Made by a program: the position numbers and the translations under genes. Positions 49,660 through 54,850 of a DNA stretch of 54,850 nt are shown here, one piece after another. Numbering within the stretch: the stretch's first letter is position 1; every line of letters starts with the position of its first letter. This DNA comes from Collinsella sp. (lineage in GTDB: Bacteria > Actinomycetota > Coriobacteriia > Coriobacteriales > Coriobacteriaceae). Location: the NCBI GenBank assembly GCA_048448865.1, contig DBGBLM010000036.1, positions 1 to 54,850 on the forward strand. Reading direction: 5' to 3'. The notes beneath the pieces are model-generated. The model was given only the letters and a program-made list of their open reading frames with translations. It had not been told where the DNA came from and made no database searches.

Positions 49660-50376
49660 CTAGCGCTTCTTCTTGTTCTTCTTCTGCTTGCGCCGCTTGC
49701 CCTTGGTCTCCTGGGGCTTGTCGCCCTGCTTGGCCTCGGCGGCGGCCTTCTCGGCCTTCATTTTCTTCTTCTTGGTCTCGATGCGGAGTTTTTTGTTGAT
49801 GCGGGCCTTGAGGAAGGGACCGAACTGCTCGGCATCGCCACGGACGAAGGTGTCCTTGGGGATCGTCACGCCCTGGTCGGCGAACATGGCCACAAAGATG
49901 CGCTCGCCGTCGAGTACGTGGTCGAGTTTTTCAAACGGGAAGAACTGTGACTTGCCGCTCTTGCCCCAAACCATCAGGCCGTCCTCGTTGGCGGCGACGC
50001 GGCGATAGCGGCCACCCATGGACTCGTCGGCCTCGACGGCGTCGATAAAGTCGCGGGCTAGCGTGTGGTGCAGGTTCTTGCTCCACCAGGCCAAAAAGGC
50101 GCCGAACACGATCAGCACGACGCCGAACTTGATCCAGCTGCCGCCGGCCACCAGCATGCCGATGCCGATGAGCGCGGCAATCGCGGCGGCGACGTACAGG
50201 GAGCCACGGCGCCTGGGCGAGGCGACCAGGCGGGCGAAGTCGGTGACCAGGTCGTTTTCGTACTGGTACTCGTTGAGGTACAGGATGCCGTCGTCGGCTG
50301 CGGCCTGCTCCTCGAGCGCGACCTCGACCTGGTCGGCTGCTTCGGAGGGAACGAGGTTGCTCTCTGCGTCTGCCAT
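49660..50376 (-). CDS. YcxB-like membrane protein with a Lys-rich tail
   Basis: Two TM helices, IPK..F..G...F..FL pattern. Confidence 0.65.
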   Translation of the reverse strand: MADAESNLVPSEAADQVEVALEEQAAADDGILYLNEYQYENDLVTDFARLVASPRRRGSLYVAAAIAALIGIGMLVAGGSWIKFGVVLIVFGAFLAWWSKNLHHTLARDFIDAVEADESMGGRYRRVAANEDGLMVWGKSGKSQFFPFEKLDHVLDGERIFVAMFADQGVTIPKDTFVRGDAEQFGPFLKARINKKLRIETKKKKMKAEKAAAEAKQGDKPQETKGKRRKQKKNKKKR

Positions 50377-50491
50377 GCTCTTTAGACTCCTATCGCGGCG
50401 GGCTCGCCGTACGGGTTATTATGAATGCAGTATGCCGTGCGACCGCATGGCCGTCGCGGCAACAAGTCTCAGTATACCCGGGGGAGCACCC

Positions 50492-52972
50492 ATGGAATCG
50501 TTGTACCGAAAGTATCGCCCGCTCACCTTCGACTCCGTGGTGGGCCAGCAGCATATCGTCTCGACGCTCGAACACGCCATCACCGAGGGGCGCCTGTCCC
50601 ACGCGTACCTATTCTGCGGACCGCGCGGCACGGGCAAGACCACTATGGCGCGCATTCTGGCCAAGGCGCTGCTGTGCCGCAATGCCGAGGCGGCGCGCGT
50701 CGAGGGTGCAAGCGGCTGCATGCCCGACGGTACTTGCGAGGAGTGCGAGCTCATCGCCGAGGGCAACCACCCGGATGTCTACGAGCTCGATGCCGCAAGC
50801 CGTACCGGCGTGGACAACGTGCGCGAGGAGATCATCAACTCCGTCAACTTTGCCCCAGTGCGCGGCAAGTACAAGATTTATATCATCGACGAGGTCCACA
50901 TGCTCACGACGGCGGCGTTCAACGCGCTGCTCAAGACGCTTGAGGAGCCGCCGGCACACGTGATCTTTGTGCTGTGCACCACCGACCCGCAAAAGATTCT
51001 GGAGACCATCCTCTCGCGCTGCCAGCGTTTCGATTTCCATCGCATCGGCAACGAGGATATCGAGTATCGCCTGGCATACGTGTGCGAGCAGGAGGGCTTC
51101 GATTACGACGACGAGGCGCTGGCTATCGTGGCGCGCCATGCCAAGGGCGGCATGCGCGACGCGCTGTCCACGCTGGAGCAGCTGAGCGTCTTTGGCAACG
51201 GTTCTGTGCATGCGGACGACGCCCGCTCGCTTTTGGGCGAGGTTTCGGACCAGATCCTGGGCGAGTTTTCCCGCGCCATTGCCGATCGCGATGTTGCCGA
51301 GCTCTATGGACTGATTCGTGTGCAGGTCGAGGAGGGCAATGACCTGCTTGAGCTGACGCGCGACCTGGTGGCGCATGTGCGTGACGTGTACGTTGCCTGC
51401 GTTGCCGGTGCCCGTGCCGAGCTGTTTGAGGGCGGCTCGGAGCAGGCCGAGGCGCTTGCTGCCGAGGCCGCTGCCTTTGGCGAGCATCCTGCCGACCGCC
51501 TGGCCCGCGTGCTGACGGTGCTCGACGATGCCGCACTGGAGATGAGGGGCGCGAGCGACGTGCGCCTGGTGCTCGAGATTGCCTGCACGCGTCTGGCGCG
51601 TCCCGAGGCCGATTTAACGATTGAGGCATTGGCCGAGCGCGTGGCACGCCTGGAGGCCATGATTGCCAACGGCGCCGTGCCGGCGAGCGTGGCTGCTGCT
51701 CAGGCCGCCGCGCCTGCAGCATCCGTACCCGCTGCTGCCCAACAGCCGACGCTCATTTCGGGCGCTCGTGCTGCCGCTCCGGCGGCATCCGCTGCCCCCG
51801 CTGCTACGTCCGCGCGCCAGGGCGGTATGCCTTGGGACCGCGGCGCTGCTGTTCCGGCTGCCCAGCCTGCGACCAAGTCCGCGGCTCCTGCGCCGGCGCC
51901 CAGACCTGTAACGCCTGCACCTCAGCCCGTTGCGGCTCCGGCTTCCGCGCCTGCTGCATCGACCGTGTCGGTGTCCAAGCCCAACAACGCCGCCCAGGTT
52001 GCCGCCGCCGGTGCTGCCGAGACCCCCGCGGTTGAGGACGCCGGCGAGCTCCAGCGCAAATGGGCCGAGGTCGTCGAGCGCGTCAAGGCTCGTCAGGCCT
52101 CCTACGCAGGGCTTTTGCTCAACGCCCGCGCCACGGCCGACGACGGCTCCAAGCTCACGGTCTCGTTCCCCGCGGGTTCGACTTTTGCCATCAAGATGCT
52201 CGGTCGCGCCGATACGCAGTCGGTGGTCCTGCCGACGGTCTGCGCGGTCTTCGGTCGTCGTACCGTCGACTATGTCCTGGATGGGGGTGGCGCGCCGGCT
52301 CCTCAACATGAGGAGCATTCTCCATCTGCACGGGCTGCGGTATCTGCGGACCCGCAACCCGTGTCCTCGGTGCCCCCTGCATCCTCGAGCGCCAGCGCGA
52401 CGCAGCCAAAAGCGGCGCCGGTAGCGGCACCGACCCCGTCGGCGCCTGAACCCGCTGCGCCCAAACCGGCTGCTCCGATCCCCGCGCCCAAGTCCGCTGC
52501 CGCGCCTGCGCCCAAGTCATCCGACCTGGCCAAGGCCCCTTGGCTGCGCTCCGACAACCCTGCCGGTGCTCCTGCCACGGGCAAGCTCCCGACCGAGCCC
52601 GCGCCCCGAGCGCCCGAGCGCGCGTCCGTCCCCATGGCTCAGCCGCCTGCGCAGGCGGCTGAGCCATGGGAATCCGACCAGGTGCCCTACGACGATGCTA
52701 TGGTCGGTGGTTTTGCTGCCGATGCCGGCGGGGACGATCTGCCCCCGTTCGACGTGCCGGGTGCGGCGTCCGCGACCAAGGCCGCTGCTGTGGCACCCGC
52801 AGCCTCTGCAAACGACGACGTCCCCGCCGCTCCCTGGGAATCCAATCCCGGTGCTGGCAGCCCCTTCGGCCATCAGGGCGCAGCCCCGAGCATCCCGCAG
52901 ACCGAGGACGAGGCCAAGGCCCTCATCCGCAGCGTCTTTGGCCAGGCCACCATCTTCAAGCCGGTGGAGTAG
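50492..52972 (+). CDS. dnaX: DNA polymerase III gamma/tau
   Basis: LYRKYRP, GPRGTGKT, DEVHML, SRCQ, GGMRD; long Pro/Ala linkers. Confidence 0.96.
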   Translation: MESLYRKYRPLTFDSVVGQQHIVSTLEHAITEGRLSHAYLFCGPRGTGKTTMARILAKALLCRNAEAARVEGASGCMPDGTCEECELIAEGNHPDVYELDAASRTGVDNVREEIINSVNFAPVRGKYKIYIIDEVHMLTTAAFNALLKTLEEPPAHVIFVLCTTDPQKILETILSRCQRFDFHRIGNEDIEYRLAYVCEQEGFDYDDEALAIVARHAKGGMRDALSTLEQLSVFGNGSVHADDARSLLGEVSDQILGEFSRAIADRDVAELYGLIRVQVEEGNDLLELTRDLVAHVRDVYVACVAGARAELFEGGSEQAEALAAEAAAFGEHPADRLARVLTVLDDAALEMRGASDVRLVLEIACTRLARPEADLTIEALAERVARLEAMIANGAVPASVAAAQAAAPAASVPAAAQQPTLISGARAAAPAASAAPAATSARQGGMPWDRGAAVPAAQPATKSAAPAPAPRPVTPAPQPVAAPASAPAASTVSVSKPNNAAQVAAAGAAETPAVEDAGELQRKWAEVVERVKARQASYAGLLLNARATADDGSKLTVSFPAGSTFAIKMLGRADTQSVVLPTVCAVFGRRTVDYVLDGGGAPAPQHEEHSPSARAAVSADPQPVSSVPPASSSASATQPKAAPVAAPTPSAPEPAAPKPAAPIPAPKSAAAPAPKSSDLAKAPWLRSDNPAGAPATGKLPTEPAPRAPERASVPMAQPPAQAAEPWESDQVPYDDAMVGGFAADAGGDDLPPFDVPGAASATKAAAVAPAASANDDVPAAPWESNPGAGSPFGHQGAAPSIPQTEDEAKALIRSVFGQATIFKPVE

Positions 52973-52993
52973 CTGCGCAGGCGGGTATACTGC

Positions 52994-53467
52994 TCAAGAA
53001 GAGGACCCCTTGTCCGGGCGCATCTGTATTTCGGACATGTGTAGTGTGGTGCCGCGTATGTCGCATTTGAGCAGACAGGTGCGTGACGGTCGGCCTAGGA
53101 TGCTGAGGTCGATACGATACGTCGCATGGCTGTCCGTGTACTCGACTTGCTCGGCGTTAATGGTTGCTCCGATTGCCAAATAAACGCCTAGCTCGGCATC
53201 GACAATCTTGAAGTCCTTTATCTTGACCTTGAACTCTTGATAGAGGGACGGGCTGTTGTAGTAGACGGTTCGGGTTCCGTCGGTGCACTCATCGGTCGTC
53301 TCCCATTTGACGACGGGCTGGTCCGAGCTGGCTATCAGCAGTTCTGCTCCAAAAGCTATGGCATGGGTGATGACAACCAGCAATGCCCAGCCGACAAAGA
53401 GATAGAGAACCACATATGCAACGGGGTGTTTTGAGCGGATGTTTTGGAGCGCGTTGGGGGCATTCAT
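52994..53467 (-). CDS. Hypothetical membrane-anchored protein lying between dnaX and ybaB
   Basis: GGAGG RBS, N-terminal TM helix, lower GC, opposite strand. Confidence 0.7.
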   Translation of the reverse strand: MNAPNALQNIRSKHPVAYVVLYLFVGWALLVVITHAIAFGAELLIASSDQPVVKWETTDECTDGTRTVYYNSPSLYQEFKVKIKDFKIVDAELGVYLAIGATINAEQVEYTDSHATYRIDLSILGRPSRTCLLKCDIRGTTLHMSEIQMRPDKGSSS

Positions 53468-53609
53468 GGGGCACCTCCAAATTACTATCTATGGCAATCA
53501 AATTATACCCTGCCGCCATGTGCGCCGCCTCGAGCAGCGGTTCGGCATTTAGCTATTTAGTGGCGCACATGAAATGCCGGATTCGGCTCTACTAGATTGA
53601 GTGTGCGAT

Positions 53610-53644
53610 ATTATGCAACCTTGCATAATTCGACCTTGCATAAT
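53610..53644. promoter_or_regulatory. Palindrome plus direct repeat, operator-like
   Basis: ATTATGCAA-CC-TTGCATAAT, with ACCTTGCATAAT repeated 15 bp later. Confidence 0.55.
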
Positions 53645-53806
53645 CTTTGAGTGCGGTTTGTATTGGAGGACATGTATATCGACTGAGGTAACACGTCCGC
53701 CCCGCTCTCTCGCCGCGCGCCGTGGTACGATTTTTGAGTTTGAAAGTCCCGCCGTGCTCCGGCTGCCCTTGCAGCTCGGCGTGCGGCCGCACGTAAAGGA
53801 GCCATC

Positions 53807-54127
53807 ATGGCCGGTATGAACATGCAGCAGATGATGAAGCAGGCTCGCAAGATGCAGGAGCAGCTTGCCGCTGTGCAGGAGAACCTCAAGTCCCAGACCG
53901 TCGACGCCTCTGCCGGCGGCGGCATGGTCAAGGTGACCGTTAACGGCGAGATGGAGCTCGTCAACCTCACCATCGATCCCGATGCGCTCGATCCCGAGGA
54001 CGTCGATATGCTGCAGGATATGATCATGGCTGCCGTCAACGAGGCCGTCCGCGGCGTCAACGAGCTCGCCAACAAGCAGATGGGCGCCATCACCGGCGGC
54101 CTCAACATCCCGGGCATGCCGTTCTAA
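53807..54127 (+). CDS. ybaB: YbaB/EbfC nucleoid-associated protein
   Basis: [31 protein letters not shown]. Confidence 0.95.
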   Translation: MAGMNMQQMMKQARKMQEQLAAVQENLKSQTVDASAGGGMVKVTVNGEMELVNLTIDPDALDPEDVDMLQDMIMAAVNEAVRGVNELANKQMGAITGGLNIPGMPF

Positions 54128-54140
54128 GACACGCATATAT

Positions 54141-54737
54141 ATGAGTGCCAACCACAGTCTGCAAAAACTGCTCGATGAGCTGGGCCGTCTGCCGGGCATT
54201 GGTCCCAAGTCGGCCCAGCGCATCGCCTATTACCTGTTGGAGGCCGACGCCGAGGAGGCGCGCCGCCTGGCCGAGGCCATCCTGGAGGTCAAGCAGGAGG
54301 TCCACTTTTGCAGCCGCTGCTTTAACTACGCCACGGCCGACGAGTGCTCCATCTGCCAGGACCCGATGCGCGATACCACTCGCATTTGCGTGGTGGGCGA
54401 GCCGCGCGACGTCCAGGCAATCGAGCGCACGGGCAGCTACCACGGTCTCTACCACGTATTGGGCGGCGTAATCAGCCCCATGGACAAGATTGGCCCCGAG
54501 CAGCTGCACATTCGCGAGCTGCTGGCGCGTCTGGGTCACGAGGATATCCATGAGGTCATCATCGCCACCAACCCCAACATCGAGGGCGAGACCACGGCGA
54601 GCTATCTGGCCCGTACCATCAAGCCGTTGGGCGTCGAGGTGTCGCGTCTGGCAAGCGGCCTTCCCGTGGGCGGCGACTTGGAGTATGCCGACGAGCTTAC
54701 GCTTGGCCGCGCCATCGAGGCCCGTCGCGCGATTTAG
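54141..54737 (+). CDS. recR: Recombination mediator RecR
   Basis: [12 protein letters not shown]4 zinc finger, [21 protein letters not shown]. Confidence 0.97.
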   Translation: MSANHSLQKLLDELGRLPGIGPKSAQRIAYYLLEADAEEARRLAEAILEVKQEVHFCSRCFNYATADECSICQDPMRDTTRICVVGEPRDVQAIERTGSYHGLYHVLGGVISPMDKIGPEQLHIRELLARLGHEDIHEVIIATNPNIEGETTASYLARTIKPLGVEVSRLASGLPVGGDLEYADELTLGRAIEARRAI

Positions 54738-54767
54738 GTGGCGAGCCTGCTCCTGCCGTACGTTATC

Positions 54768-54813
54768 TTCGCGGTCGCACGGGGTAGTCATAATTTCCCC
54801 GTGCGACTGTGAG
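54768..54813 (+). terminator. Hairpin after recR
   Basis: GTCGCACGGGG/CCCCGTGCGAC stem followed by TTTGTT. Confidence 0.6.
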
Positions 54814-54850
54814 TTTGTTGTGCAACAAAGATACTTCGTATCCGCTTATC

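Noticed and set aside
50018..50491. 158-aa N-terminal extension of DnaX
   Set aside because: Overlaps the opposite-strand membrane gene; the conserved DnaX start MESLYRKYRP with a GGAG RBS is at 50492

Overview
High-GC actinobacterial chromosomal segment. Gene content and synteny suggest Coriobacteriia, probably Collinsella-like (inference). Gene content in order: HAD phosphatase; [NiFe]-hydrogenase maturation operon (small His-rich ORF-nikR-hypF-hypC-hypD-hypE); thioredoxin with an in-frame TGA; a degenerate UDG-fold protein; a LytTR/GHKL two-component pair (kinase frameshifted); nadABC-niaR; ferredoxin; dnaK-grpE-dnaJ-hspR; an aconitase-family hydratase; two hairpin-bounded accessory genes; clpB; a surface-protein gene split by TAG; a TetR/membrane protein/flavo-Fe-S oxidoreductase/hypA module; mannose PTS manLMNO; tRNA-Arg(CCT) with a duplicated 3' end; the Ser/Thr kinase-fhaA-fhaB-PP2C-rodA::pbpA-pknB cluster; dnaX-ybaB-recR. 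The strongest unexplained signals are intergenic. (1) A ~160-nt structured element occurs twice (after hypD and after hspR) with conserved loops but replaced, still-pairing stems. (2) Three 170-bp arrays of six alternating 14-bp half-sites share identical geometry but have variable spacers, and a second sequence family has the same design upstream of clpB. (3) Three 67-bp inverted-repeat elements. (4) GGGAC-core hairpins that bracket accessory genes like cassettes. No transposase, integrase or cas gene is visible. All calls were made by eye; no searches were run.
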